From assembly GCA_003344405.1 (NCBI GenBank), contig NOWV01000031.1:372001-436000 (forward strand): a DNA stretch of 64,000 nt. The letters are read 5' to 3'. Of this stretch, positions 39,181-54,071 are shown one piece after another. Every line of letters starts with the position of its first letter. Within the stretch, counting starts at the first letter, position 1. The notes under the pieces were generated by a model. That model did no database searches, had not been told where the DNA came from, and worked only from the letters and a program-made list of their open reading frames with translations. The translations under genes and the position numbers were made by a program. This DNA is from Trichoplax sp. H2. Taxonomy: Eukaryota.

Positions 39181-39651
39181 TATGTTAGTTCCAACGTTCA
39201 AACTCTGCTTAAGTAAGTAGAAAAGCTATTTGTGGAAACTTTTTTAACGATTAAGTCAAACAGCCAAGCTTAAGTTTACCACCAATTTTTGTTTTCAGTT
39301 GAAGTAACTTACTTAATCAATGCGAAACTATCCCTAATAAAGTCTTGTTTTATTCGAATCAATTTTATCAGAGTTTTTGTTATAGTGTTTGTATAAACGA
39401 CCATGAAAGTTACTTAATCGGACATACTAAAGCATGTTCGGTGTTAATTATGCCACAGTAATTACCATAGTAGATTATAGGTAAAATTGGGTCAACTATT
39501 TATACACAATGTAACTTATTTTGCATATGCACGATTCAAACTGTTGTGTATAATATGAATTAAAAGCATCAGATATTAATTCTATTAAAAGGCTATAGCT
39601 TAAACTAGTGCAATAGCATACTATCATTTTATAGTTATGCATATTCATGCA

Positions 39652-39664
39652 ATTACTTAGCAAC
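39652..39664 (-). promoter_or_regulatory. RFX X-box-like motif upstream of TRPA copy C
   Basis: ATTACTTAGCAAC, identical to the copy A motif, 472 bp from the ATG. Confidence 0.5.
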
Positions 39665-42440
39665 ACTACACACACTAATAAGTGATTTGCATTTATCTGT
39701 CAATCTGATAAATTGAGAGGCTATTATTAAAAAGAAACAATCGACAAGAAATGACAGAGATGATGAAATAATTTTTTATTGCCATCACAGATAATTTGAT
39801 ATTTTTTAACATTAAATTTCTTTATTCGAGAAATACTCGTAGATGTTCTGTCCATAGCAAAGAGCTTATTATTATTTTACTGTGTGCCATAGTAAAACAA
39901 GAACTGTCTGCTTCATATCAATTTTTCTCTATCCATTAAATGTTTTTGAATATAATTCTATGAAGCAAATAGTACTTCTCTAATGTTACTGATAAGGCAG
40001 TAAAAGTATCCCTAATAGTTCATTCTTGTTAGCAGAGTAGATAGAGTACGTGTGATAAAGTCATAATACCAGAGTTTCAATATAGTCTATTTTCAAAAAC
40101 GTAATTATAATTATCTTTTTATTGTCATAAATAAGATCCATCCTTTGCTCAGACTATACTCTTATTATAAATGCACTGTTAATATAGATGGCTAAATTAG
40201 AAGTTATTATCAAATAGGACAGAGCAATTTCTATTTAATCTGCCTTTCATTGCCTAAAGTCTATTTCCATATCCATTACTTTCGATAGGATGCTATACGA
40301 GCTTGAATGAAAGCTCTATCGATTCGAGAATGTGGTTTGTAATAAAACTATAATTATTTTCCAATTTATAGGTGCTGTCCTAATCTGAACCCTAACATAA
40401 ACATAATGAATTAATATAGTAACGCCTAGCATTTGCTAATAACATATTTCTTTTCGCTTATATGCGTATACTGCTACATCAAAAGCTCCAAAAATACATT
40501 TGGGCAGCGATTGCTTAAAGTAAAGCTTCTATGAATAAAAATAATTTAAAAAAAGCAGTTCTACTAGTATACTTGTTTTATGATAAAGGCGTCCATAATA
40601 ATAATCCCGCCCATACTCTTCTAAAAGAAATGATTCACTGATTACGTTACACACTATTTATGACCACGGTACTCTTTAGCCTTTTATAACGAGGCCATTA
40701 CATTATAGCATGCTCATGATACTATAAAATGATCAATTATTGCCGTAGAAGAGCGTATAAGCTGTCGTGAAATAACATAAGATACCGTACCACGAGGTAA
40801 AAATTGGTAGTATTGATAATTTTGAAGCAAAACACATTTATATTACGTTACGTTGCTGTAGCAAGTTCGTCAATTATGAAACATGAGAATACTATCATAA
40901 CGACAATTCATTGCCTTTTCATTAATACCAGAGAAATAATATATATTTTACAACACTGTACTTGTTATAGAGTTCAGAGTTTTATCATAAGAACCATTAC
41001 TTACAACTACCGTATTAAGCGTAAAAGATAATTCTGCTTCAAAATTCCTTTACTTTATATTACTTTATTTATAAAAGAAAAGATTCATGGATTACGTTAA
41101 ACAATATGTATAGCTACTCTCTGTCAATTATTTATAGTGAGGTCATGTAATGATGGCACATTCAAGATACTATAAAATGATTAATTATAACTGTAGCTGG
41201 CCTACAGAAGAAATGTGGTGGGAGTTGCAATGACCAAACTAAACTAAACATAGTCTTGAGCTAATTATATTATTTTCAGCTACGAATTTAATGTATACAA
41301 ATACAGAAATATTATCCTTAGTGTCATACTTGATACTAGTTTTATTTACCTATTAAATAATACTACTTGAACCTATTTATTGTCTGCTAAATTGTATTCA
41401 AACTCTATTAGTATCACGTAGTTATTTTAATAAATATTGCAATTATGAAATAGAACACAGAGGAAACTTGTAAGAGTGTTATATTAATGGTTTTAGAGGT
41501 AACAATCCATCACCAAGGCGATAGATTATAGGACTAGCAGACTATTCGTATACATGTAGTGAGTTTAGATCGCAATAACGAACAATTCACCGCATGTGAC
41601 TAAGTACTACTATTGATATTATAGAATTAGCCTAGTCCTAAAGCTGTCAATATCAAGATTGGAGCTCAAAAAGTATCGTATTCTCATCGCACATGTTAAC
41701 TCGGTAGTTGTTATCAAACTGTAACCAATACTCTATCTTGCCCACAAATATTTTAGGTATACCGCGATGACCATTATCTCTGCCTAAGAAACTACAAAAA
41801 AATATTACATCTGTTGTATTGCAATCTTTGTACTTATATATGTTATGTATATACGACTCGTAGATAATTTATGCTGAAAATAGAAACGAATCGAATTATT
41901 TATTACCAAGCTTTTAACCTATGACGTATCATTCACTTACATAATAGGAATGTAAAGTTAACTTATCATAAAGTTGTACAAGATATTGTTCCACAGTATA
42001 TCTTCAGTTGAATGGCTATTGTGCTATTGCTGTTATCGTTTATTTCTACGTTCCATAAATATAGCTATAATTATCTTATGTATTTGGTGAGCTTTTCAAT
42101 AGCCATATATTGTAAAGGATTTAATTAATTTTCTTGAGGCTGACGAGGCATTATGACTTAGTCAAAACTAATATTTTTCATACCATTATTAAATTTGCTA
42201 GCCTTAGTGAGAAAAAATCGCTCCTTCTGTTCCTCTTTACTAATATAAAATCAGTCTCTTGACGTACAGGAATCTGTTAACTTTATTACCACTGTACAAT
42301 AAATTTGGATGGAATCTTTATCCTTAGAATCAAATCTTCGTTCTTAATAATTAAATACTCATACATTGATGATAAAACGATCTAATGCAAATTCATTCAA
42401 TCGAACGTGAATCAGGATTAGGTTAAATTGTCATTTTTAG

Positions 42441-45400
42441 TTAATCTTTTTCAACCATTTGATTTAATTTTTCTCTCATCTCAGCATTTAATTTCAACAA
42501 GTAATTCATTTGATCGGCCAAAATTTTTATACTAAAGAAAAGAAATAAAATAATGCAAATTTAAAATCATTTGGTTATTAGTTAAATTAAATTAGCTTGA
42601 ATTTTTAAGTTATGAGGAGAGTTACATTAATGTTTTTACTTTACACATTGGGTAAATATTGCCTTGACGATAAATTCTAAGGGTAAAATTTCTATTTGCA
42701 TTACCTTTTATCTTGGCTGCATTGAGTGTCTTTCATCTCACGCATTTCGTCCTCTAATGTATTTGATTCTTCAAGTTGAGTTCCATCTTCATTGAAGCGA
42801 TTTTGAAGCTAAAGGAATACAATTTAAATGCGTGAATATTTCCGTTAAGTTTTGATCACAGTGCAAGTTTAGTCATCAAGGATAAATTGCTGAATTTAAT
42901 GAGTTTAATGTGTATTATGATAGGATGATCTAGACTAAATACAGATGATTAGTTTTACGATTAGATGATACTACAGTAAATTGCCTATTAAATCCGCAAC
43001 TGGAATTCTCATGCGGTTATTGATATTAGCTGATTGCAGCACGAGTAAAAATTAATATTATCAGCAAGTGCAACTGTGATGCAACCAGACAGTAGATTAT
43101 ATTTGATGGGGGTAAATAATTTTTTAAATGGTCATATTTTATATTTCGCACGTCTAGAACTTCTATTGAATATCAAGTCTATAATTACTGCTATCCTAAC
43201 TGGATAATTTATTGATTTAAAGTGCACAAAAACTACTGATTCCATCACGTTAAGATACTGCAGGAAGATATCGTATTTAAGCTTCATAGATTGTAAGGAT
43301 ATATGATTATTGCTCTATTTATGTAACGAAAAAGTAAATAAGTCTTTAATTGCTACGAAGTTTGTCAGAATTAGAAGAGATGTATAATTCTCTAATTCTT
43401 CATAAGCTCACAAATTTTTTCTACAGTACTCTTGCTGCAAAGCTAATTTTATTTAGTAAAAGTTACTTTAATCACTACGAATTTTATAAGAATTGGAAGG
43501 GATGTATAGTGTACAGTATATAGTACTCCAAATTTTCGTAGCTCACAGATTATATTTTACCGTACACCTGCTGCAAAGCTGGTTAACAACAATATTAAAC
43601 TAGCAGCTAAAACTTAATGGAAAATAATATATTAATCATAGCATCGATCAGAATGATATCGAACTATTAACTATACTGACTCGAGTAAGCAATCCCAGCT
43701 GCCGTTTTTCCTCTTTGCTGATATAAAATTTTTTCCGTAGCAAGTATGGTAGTGAATTTTCAACTTGGTCGATGAATTGGACTTGAATTTTTAAGCGACT
43801 AAGAACGGCATTCCTTTCAATTTTATCAATGTCACCTACTGCTAAACCAACCTATAATGATAGAACAAATAATCAACTGTAATTATCAAACCATTTCCCA
43901 TAAGCTACCATACACCTTCAGCTTACCATTAAGTTCATTGCGGCAATAGGCATAACCACTGCAAAGACAATTAGAAAGATTAGCGCAAGATAATTAAAGG
44001 GAGTCTTTGTATTTCCATTATAGATAGAATCGAAAAAAACATCGATGTAGTCTAATTCTCCGAGCATCATATCAAAAACTTTAAGGAATGAATATGGCGC
44101 GGTTTCGAAATATTTCTATAATGGAGTTCAATGACAGATATCGATTAATAACATTAAATTGATAACCACTAATAGTTTGTTAATTATTAAGAAGATTTCG
44201 ATATTTCTTTTCAATAAATATGACTGCATGAATTAATTTACCTCATGACCCAGAATGATATAAAAGCTAAGACCAAATGCAACGATAAGGAATACTAACA
44301 TAAAACCGACCTACGGAAAATTTGTACAGTTTACATAATTACAATTGTTATCGAAGTGAAGATTATAAAATGATCCATTTCACTAGTAACCGAGTTATCG
44401 ATAGCGGATTGTTGTTAATAATTGATAAAATAGCACCAAAGCTATATCAGCGTATCATTTATATACCTTCACAATAGTAAACAAGACTGACTGAAGCATG
44501 GCAACATAGATACCGAAAGTAGGCAACCTAGGTCGATTAAAATATTAGATCAATATCTCAGCCTTGATCAACATCGTCATACCAAAATGCTACAACTAAA
44601 TCTTCCTATTCTCCTCTAAGAATATGAAGGCATTATAATTTTAAAAGCTTATAACCGCACTGATCCATCTACTTTTAGGAAATTTTAAGGTAGAATAGTT
44701 ATCGTAATAATGTAATACATTCTTATTTCTTTCTTTATTAACTAAATATAGACATAAATATTTCTTGCTACAATAGATCGTTCAGAAGATCATGATCATG
44801 CTTAACAATAAATAGAGTAGAAATATATCTTGTATTATAGTAGAATGATCGCAAGGACAATAAAATTTGGCTGCAAATATTGCTGATCCACTATTCAAGA
44901 TAGAACAATTACAACAGCACTGTTACAGATTCTACTTTCTACCTTTGACTAACAAAAGTTGACATAAGTTTTTCTAGCTAGATAATTCAAAAGATCATGA
45001 TCAGGATTGAGAATAGAAAGAGTTAAAATATTTCTTGCAGGAAAATTATCGTATGGAAAATAAAATGTAGCTGCAAGTAGTCTGATCAAATTGACATTGG
45101 TTGAGATAAACTATGATATTTGCATACAAAATTAGTAACTCTAATGTCCTACCGTTGAAGATAAACTATTAAATTGCACCAGGTTAGGCAGACATTAACG
45201 CTACCTATAGCCCACTGGCCAGAATCAGGTTCTCTTCCAGGTGGAAAAGAAAACGTAATAGCAGAAATGTACATAAATAATTCAATGTAATTTGTAAGGG
45301 AGAGGAAGTAGGATAGTCTCTGCCAAGTAAATTAAGACCAGAAAGTTAATTTAAATCCATATTTTAATATAATTTCATAGCGTTAGGAAAAGCTTTAGAA

Positions 45401-48400
45401 AAGACTGCCAGTAATTTAAAAAATAATCATCCATATGTTCTCAACTCTCCATCAATAATCTACTCTCTTTATTTAGATTTCTTACCGACGCAGAAAAGCT
45501 TTGGTAAAATTAAAACTGATAAATTAACTCTATAAAATACCTGACTCCATATTTGGAAAGCTTCTGTTATTAAATTAACTATAGTAAAGATAAAGATAAT
45601 TAGTTGAGCAAGGAAGAGATCCGGCCGTGTAAACTAGAATAGAAGTATAAAACAACATGATTAATAAAATAATGCAATTGTAACGGTACGAACCACCGTG
45701 AAGAGTAAATGACTAAATTTAGTGTTTAAATTTTATATACGGAGATAACTAAAAATGACTTCCAGTAAGAATTGCGTAGTTATTATTTTGTTAAAGTAAA
45801 TTATGTTGTATGGTAGTAGGAGTTCTCATAAGGTAACTAATATTAATTGATTATAGTGTTATGTCTTGTAACGCTTGTGATGAATATCCTGAAGATATTC
45901 AATTGTAGAGAATACTATACATAATTCTGTGTGTGGACATACTGTAGTCTAATTATCTAGAATCGTTCATTATATGTCCAAAATTAAGAATAATGTCTGC
46001 ATTAATTTAGCTATCCAATATGAGCTAAATTTAACGAACTGTTATGACTCATACATGATAACTGCTGCCGAAGAGTATTTAAGCTCTGCAGATAGTTGAA
46101 TAAAGGAAGAGTTTTATAGTTGTTTTAACGTAGAAGCAAGGCGTCTTAATTCTTGTGAGGTAGTTAAGGGATACTGAATTCCGGAGACTATAGTAATTTA
46201 GAGATTTGTTTTACGTTATCTTTGTCACAAAGCTGGTTTGTGACAGCAAGCTATTCTATATTGCATTAACCGGAGTAATTGGGTATGGAAAATCATTTTA
46301 TCAATTTTGCTTATAGCAGCAGACTTACAATTGTATAGTAATGGTATGTAAATGTTTGATTTCCGCTAACATACGAATGTGAAGCAAAACCAGAAGAGTT
46401 CCGTACGGATGTAGTAATATTGCCAGGTGGACGCAAAGCGATAATGTAATAGGTTAAAGCACCCACAAAAAAAAGGTAAAGAATAAGATTGGTAAAATAA
46501 AGTGGAGCACCAAATGTTCGCCTATCGATTTGGACAGAAAAAATAAATCATTAAGAACAGTTGTAATAGATGTGGATAAAAACTTGCTAAGGCCATTTTT
46601 AAATGTTCAAAATTTAATTTTATAAACTCTGTCGATAAGTCGAACATCTAGATTGGATCAAAACGCTATCATTATTTAACATTAATATATAATCCTAGGT
46701 TGGATGTGGCACTATAATGAGAAATGTCACTGCCAATGCATACCATTTAGCATCAAGTAAAGCCTGGGATAATTCATGAAGTAGCAATCCTGTTCTTTCA
46801 TATTCAATCATATTCTAGTTGTTAAGAATTATTGATGTATCTCTTAAGAGCTTCAAATTAGACAGTGTATACTAGCTTCTGAATACATCATCGACTCCAT
46901 TGGAAATCTCATAATCAAAATCAGATTTAACGACACCCTTACCATTAATGCATTACATCTAGAATTTTCTTCTAAGTTTTTTTTTAAACGCCTTTCATTC
47001 CTTGGTCCTGGATCTAATAATGAGTAATCGTAAACAATCTAGAAAAATGAGGAAATAAATCGCCGAAAAATTTTATTCGATTTGTGAATCTTTTACTTGC
47101 TACAAATACTTTCTAGTATCTTTAATTATTAGAGATCGATATAGAATATTTAAGTCTTGCTGAGTCGTTTTATAACTGAATATCAATTCAATGATGGAGA
47201 GGTTATCTGTCAGATCAACTAACGAACCCGTATGTTGCAATTTATAATTGTATTATGATTATTATTCACTTATATATTTAGACAGCGAATACGTACAAGA
47301 GGAAAATACTTGACTACCTTTGTAAAATCATATAATAGTGTCGAAGTAAACTAATCCAGCCGGTATATTTACAAAATTTTATCCATTTACATCGGAATTT
47401 TATGTACTAAAATCCATCATAAATCAATACTGTAGTGCATTATCTGCAATGAAATTTCGTCGTGACCACGATAGTTTCATGATTTTATTTTAACATCGAC
47501 TTGCCGACATAAATTTGCAATCATTGATGAGATTTCAGTTCAAAATAGCTAACAAAATTAAATATACAAACCATTTTATCCATGCTTCCACTTGCACTCC
47601 TTGCAATAGATAAGTCCATGACAATCTGGCACAAAAACGAAAGTAAGGATGAAATTTATCGGATGGACGTGGTAAATTAATATTAATAATATAAGGCACT
47701 TAATAAGTAACGAAAAATTTACCTTTGCAACGTCAGGTAGGTTCTTAATTAAATTTTGCATGACAGAATAACCTTTAGCATCGAATCGATTTAAAATCTC
47801 GCCGCTCCTAATAAGACAAACCAATGTCATGACCAATTACAAAAAAACTGTATTAAGCATTAAAAGCCATGTTAGAATACTAACAGGATGATCTCTGCTT
47901 TGTCTTTTTTATAACAATTTGTCTTTTATATTATGACTTAATTCGATACAGGAATACATTACCTCTTGTGCTTCACAATTGATAGAGCAGCATCTTTGTA
48001 TCTGCCTTCAATTGCAAGATCCAAGCAGGTTTTATCGTCAATGTTACGTAGTGTGATATCACTACCACTTTCAAGCAATAATTTAATAATAGCACTTGCT
48101 CCTTGACTGGCCGCTAAATGTAGAGGTGTTTCCTAAATTGGATTCATAAAAACGGAGATTTGGGTTATTATTGCTTAATAAAGCAAAGAACTGATTCCAA
48201 AACTGCTTAATAGTTGAATTCTTGCACTACTAATCAAGCCAAAAGTAATTTATAAATATCAAGGAATAAGTCGATTTGCACAAAATGTAAATCAAATATC
48301 GCATAGTACCGTATAATTGCGTCATTACAGCTAAATGATACTTTTAAGATGTATAGTATTACCAATCTAGAATTGATGCGATTGAGATCAGCTCCGTTTT

Positions 48401-51400
48401 CCAGTAGCAATTTTCCCACTTGAGCAAATCCTTTGGATGCAGCGTATTCCAAAGGTGTCATATAACTGCCATCTCTGGTAATGGTTATATTCCAAATGAT
48501 AGTATTAATAGTATCGTCGATCGTATTCAACTTCATCATGATCTACACTACTTCGGTAATATAAAAACTTACAATCTACTGCTATCTCGCAACTGTTATC
48601 TCCGATACTGTAAAATCATTCAATTTATCACCTTTTATCCACATCTGCACCGTACTTTAACAGCATTGCTGTAACATCTACTGAATTACTTATAACAGCA
48701 AAATGTAACGGAGTTCTTGACTTCTCTCCCAAAGAATTAACTGATGACAAGCAAGTTTCACATAAATATTCAGCAATAAGTAAGTAGCCTTTTCTATAGA
48801 AAAATGGAGATTAATTTAAATTATTTTCTAATACCTAACTTAAATAGGATCTCAATTTCAGTTTACACCATTGCTTTTATTTAAAAGAATGATATAATTT
48901 CCACGACATTAAATCGCTACTTAAGACTAATTAGAAAGCAAATATAGCTCCATTCTATATCCTAATATCACTTCAATAGGATAAAATAAGCTTGCAAAGT
49001 TTTAATACTGATAATCTAAATTGTAATATCTAAATCTATACTAGTAAAATTGAAAGATATACTAGATGGTATACTCTTCAATACTCTAAGAATTAGCTCC
49101 TTAAATATCCAAATTAAGATGTTACTGAGATCAAATTTTGAGAAAGATGCTTGTTTAAACCATTAATATCAATTTGAATATTATTTAACTTACATACAAG
49201 CCAGATGGAGTGGTGTATTATCATCATCATCATGGCATTCCACAATTGCACCATTGCTAACTAATATCCGAGCAATCTAATAAAGCAGATACATATATGA
49301 ATCTATCAAGAGTTCAAAACTGAGATGTCTGATGTTGTAAAAGTACCGTAGAGACCCCATTTCAGATATAATTTGAAATAAAATTAACCTATTACCTGAT
49401 GATTTCTACTCTCAACAGCATAATGCAAAGGTGTCTTTTCAAAATTATCCACTGAATTTAAAAATTTGCCTGCAGATATCTATGTTTTTACGTGATAAAG
49501 TGTCATAGTTGTTAATATCGGTAGATCACGTAAATATGTAATAATTTAATTCACTAGCAAATTATTTTCAAAATTCAGTGGGATGGACATTGGTTTTTTA
49601 AAACTTACTCGTAGTAAATATTGAACTAATTGTATGTGGCCATTTTGAACGGCGAAATGGAGACAATTTCGCTGCACTTCATCAACAGAAGAAATGTTTG
49701 CGTTATGTCGGAGTAAAAATTCGATTACGGCGATGTTGCCTTTAGCCGCAGCACATATTAACGGTGTCTTCTTATTATGATCGGAAATATCTACATCGGA
49801 ACCCTTAAATAAAATAAAAAATGATCATAGTCAATTTTAAGTGATTTCGTGGGATAAATTATAAACACTCATGGCTATTCAGGATCTAACCGTAGAAGTA
49901 TAAGGATACTAATTGCTTTTGTTCAATTAAGTTCTGTTGATGCGGTATAAGTTCTTGCTGGCTTATTCTATTACGATCAATTATAATTGATCATTTTAGA
50001 ATGAGCCGGCAAATACCGGTAAGTACTAGGGTCTTTACGATCACAGTTTTTGTTAATTTAGCAATGCATTCATTTTGGACTATTATAAGTGTACAACGAT
50101 AATTTTAGACTAAATTAATAATTGTCATTACGATCAATATAGTATAATAAGCTATATCAAAAGGAAAATTTATCGACATATATTTACTTGTGCTTGGAAC
50201 GAATGCAAATTTACATACTGGTAGTCATTTATAGTGATAATATTTGGTTAATGTTTAAGATTGACAATCTCTGATCGTAAAACATGGTAAAATAAGACTA
50301 TTTTACTATTTAGTAGTAAGCTCAAGAGATCAAATGAAATTCTAGCCGTTTCCTATGAAGGAATACTAAACCAATTATATCATACTTACTAGGCCTACAA
50401 GTAATTCCATGATTGGTAAATGACCATATAAACTAGCAAGGAAAAAAGGTGTTCGATACTGGTAGTTTTGCATGCTTATTGAAGCTTCTTTATCGATCAG
50501 CAATTTAGTAGCTTCATAGTAGCCATTGGCCGCTGTAATGTGCAAGGCAGTCCATCCATCATTCTACGATATCAAGTCGAGATATTAATAGCGGCATTAT
50601 CATAAAGATTTAAAAAGTAGTTAAACTAATTTAAAACCGGTTGCCTAATTTATGATAGAAGAAAATATTGATAACTCCTTTATGCACAACAAATAACTAC
50701 AGAAAAGTTCATTTACTAAAGGAAATCAACTGATTTTATTTTATCAATCTTTCGTACTTTTAAGGAATTGATATGGGTTCCATTCTCTAAACAAATTTCC
50801 ATAGCCTATAAGACAATTAAGATACATGGTATAGTGGATGAGTTGATGAATTGCTCTTTCACTTTTCAAACGATTAGTAGATATACTTGACGCTTCGAAA
50901 GCAATATTAGCTATCCAATGATATAATATACGGTAGATAAACTACAGATTTGTTAATTTCATTTGTTTAGATGTGAGAATGATCTATCCTCCTTTCACCT
51001 TAACATGACCACCCTGTGCTGCACGGTGGAATGGAAGTTGCTTTTCGTTATCTTGGCAATTCAGAAGATCATCAGTAGATAATCCATAGCTAGAGGAAAC
51101 TTCTAAGAATAATTGAATAATTTGAGCGTGTCCTTTGGATGCTGCACTATGCATTGGCATACTACCATCGATCGCAGAGGCTAATAATTTACTTCTACAC
51201 TGAAGCTGTAAGAAAAAATAGGCTAACATTAATGTTGACTTGATTTCGCTCTATATTATTGCAAGAAAGGAAGAGTTTCATGATTAAATCTGTATAAGGA
51301 ATATTGCTTTTTGAATTTAAGCTCTTTTATTATTAAATAATATAACCAGAATAATGCTATGATTAAATTCAAACTAGAAATCTGAGTGAACTTATGAGAA

Positions 51401-53571
51401 AAAGTTATTTATTAATCAAAGAGATAAGCAAACTAGTCGGCTTACAAGAAGTTGGCAGACTTGAAGTCTCCCTCTCACAGCAGCTTGATGTAAAGGAGTA
51501 TTCAAATCATCATCCACAACATTGACATCAAGTAGGTTATGTTCAGTAATATACTAATATCAGTGTACAAGTAAAGCAACATGAGCAATCTATCAGTATT
51601 TCATCAATGACAAGACAGCACCGAAATTAACTCATCGAATGATTGCAACGATGAAAACGAGAATGGCACAAATTCGTGTAAATGACATTTCATCGAGGTT
51701 GGAATTAAATCATCACTTACCTTGCAAATATTTAAATGGCCCAATTTACTAGCTTCATGAAGCAACGTGTCGCCTTGATCATCGACTAATTTAAATTCAG
51801 CGCCAGCTTCATGTAAGACTTGAAAGCTAGCCAAGCTGTTATATTTAGCAGCCATAAATAATGGCGTATTGCCATTATAGCCTCGAATATTGATATCTAA
51901 TGGTAGTATAAACATGAAGGCAAAATGAATCTTTATTGGAAAATTCTGCATAGGTAATTAATGAAATGCCAATAATTTTGAACAGTATTAAGCATGGCGT
52001 AAAGTTTAGCCTTGTAATGGTTTCTGCTAATTATGTTAGTTATATCTTTTAGTAAATACAGCGATAGTATATGGTATAGAACTATATATCTAAATAAAGT
52101 ATTGATTACAACTAGTATGATGAAACGGCTCATACTGTTATGTGCTATATTTGAGCCATTCAAATTTTAAATTGTCGGATTGTGAACCTAAGGTTAAGAA
52201 CTCATACACTACAATCCTGTTGATAGTACAAATAGGTAAATCAAAACTATACTTATTCAAGTTAGTTGATAGACGGCATTGACTACTAATAATGGATAGT
52301 ACCGTATGTTCCTGTATGGAAAACTATTCTATCTGCGTCAATGCCGAGACTAAAATATTTTTTATCGTTACTGTTACTTGTCTCCTAGTTTTGACTTAAA
52401 AAACGTAGGAAATTTAGAATAGGGAAAAAAGATAAAGTAAAATTATGTACCAGCACCCCAAGAGATCAATGTCCTAACTACATCGACACGATTACCACGA
52501 GCAGCATAGTGCAGAGGAGCCATCTGATGTTCGTCTAGATAATTGCATACATTCTTTTCATTTTTATGTGTATTGAAATGATTTTCTACTACAGCGACAT
52601 CACCAAACTTTGCAGCCTATCCGCAAGAATATTTTTCAATCACTAGGATTAAAATTTAATCTATGATGACAGCTACTGATAAGAAATCAAAATATTTTGC
52701 CAAAAGACGAGATGATATTTACAAGCACAATTATCACCAATTTAGTGTTATGATGATGAAATTATTAAATCAGTAGACGAAATTACGCTTATCTTAAATT
52801 ATTTAATTATAAGGGATATGATTTGTACTGACTATTAAATACTAAGTATCAACTCTATTCTACTGAGTTGCACCACTTTAGATAAAAATCATTATTTTAC
52901 TCGTCTATACTTACCCAAAAGAGATCTTTTAAATATTCTGTTTCTAAACGTTTGGCATCATTAAGGTTGTTAGCTTGATCCTAACCAATACATTATTAAA
53001 AGGAAGTTATTCAATGAGAAAATACTTCAATTCTTAGGCAACTTGAAATATGAAAGTTTATTATATTTTGGTAGCAAAACCAGTTAATTGTATAGGCTTA
53101 CTTTGATTAGGAAAGGAGCGAAATTTTACTAATTACATACGTTATAAAAATTTACTATTAGAGGACGATTATGAAACGACTGAAAATAGGATCTATCAGT
53201 TTCGTGTGTTTCTTCCTCTGAAAAGCACCGACTTTATTTAACGCTAACATAATTCGTTACTAAATAAAATTTTTACCCTCACTTCATAGCAGCTCAATAC
53301 TGTAATCTCGTCATAACTAGTTTATAATTTAATGCTAATGTAAAAGTAAAGCCAAATCTAATATTACATGTTTTGATAACACTGTTTGCACTAGTATTCA
53401 TACGAAAGCAATCTCGTTGACATGCTTGTATGGCAAAGAAATCACTTTAACGACATTAAAATGGAAGAAAAAATATCTCTAATTCGTCTAATTTTTTATG
53501 TCTTTTACCATTTCCCTTATATCAACCGCAAGAGGAAGCTGAGCGGCTATGCGTCTACGAAATCTTCTCAT
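42441..53571 (-). CDS. TRPA1: TRPA1-like cation channel, copy D (complete)
   Basis: The first exon reads MRRFRRRIAAQLPLAVDIREM (ATG 53571). It has the same exon series, pore MMLGELDYIDVFF, VGLAVGDIDKIERNAV, and ends LNQMVEKD with TAA at 42441-42443. The homopolymer runs I checked stay in frame. Confidence 0.88.
45679..46245 (+). mobile_element. Solo LTR (567 bp) in the S1/S2 intron of copy D
   Basis: TGTAAC...GTGACA termini and flanks GCAAT / GCAAG (4/5). The last ~120 bp are nearly identical to the end of 23185-23592. The element is absent from the same intron in the other paralogues. Confidence 0.85.
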
Positions 53572-54058
53572 GGTGTTAGCTCTACTTTTAAAAATCGGTT
53601 GGAGCAAGTTGTGGGAAGTGTTGGTGAGTAATCTTCTTAATGCTTGAATCAAATGGCGCTTTAAACTCCGCCACCAGCTCTGCTCAGAATCAGAGCAACT
53701 TACTAGTTAGCAAGAAAAATTAATTCGAAATAGTATTTCGTTTTAATTGACTGAACTTCACTTTGAGTAATGCTTAGAGTTTAGGATTACAAATACAATA
53801 GCTGCCATGAATTTAATATTTTATAGTATTCCTACTGCTACTTTTGATATTGTAATGATTGAATTGTAGGTGAAATTAGGTTAATAGCTGATGGTAAATG
53901 TTACCTGTTTGGGTATAACTATAGCAGCTCATTATACGACCGTTATAGGATACAAGCATTTGATACAAAATAAATATCGTTTAAATTTATTGAATACGTC
54001 ATAGCTGAAATTTGCGTAATAATAACTTTACAAATTTAAGGTTGTAAATAATCATACA

Positions 54059-54071
54059 ATTCCTTAGCAAC
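54059..54071 (-). promoter_or_regulatory. RFX X-box-like motif upstream of TRPA copy D
   Basis: ATTCCTTAGCAAC, one mismatch to copies A and C, 488 bp from the ATG. Confidence 0.45.

Noticed and set aside
39181..39201. ORF-track start of copy C at 39201
   Set aside because: That codon is TTG. The ATG at 39180 aligns with the starts of copies A and D.
46975..46990. Suspected frameshift at the T9 run in copy D
   Set aside because: Counting shows the exon stays in frame (RLKKNLEENSRCNALM), the same length as in copy A.
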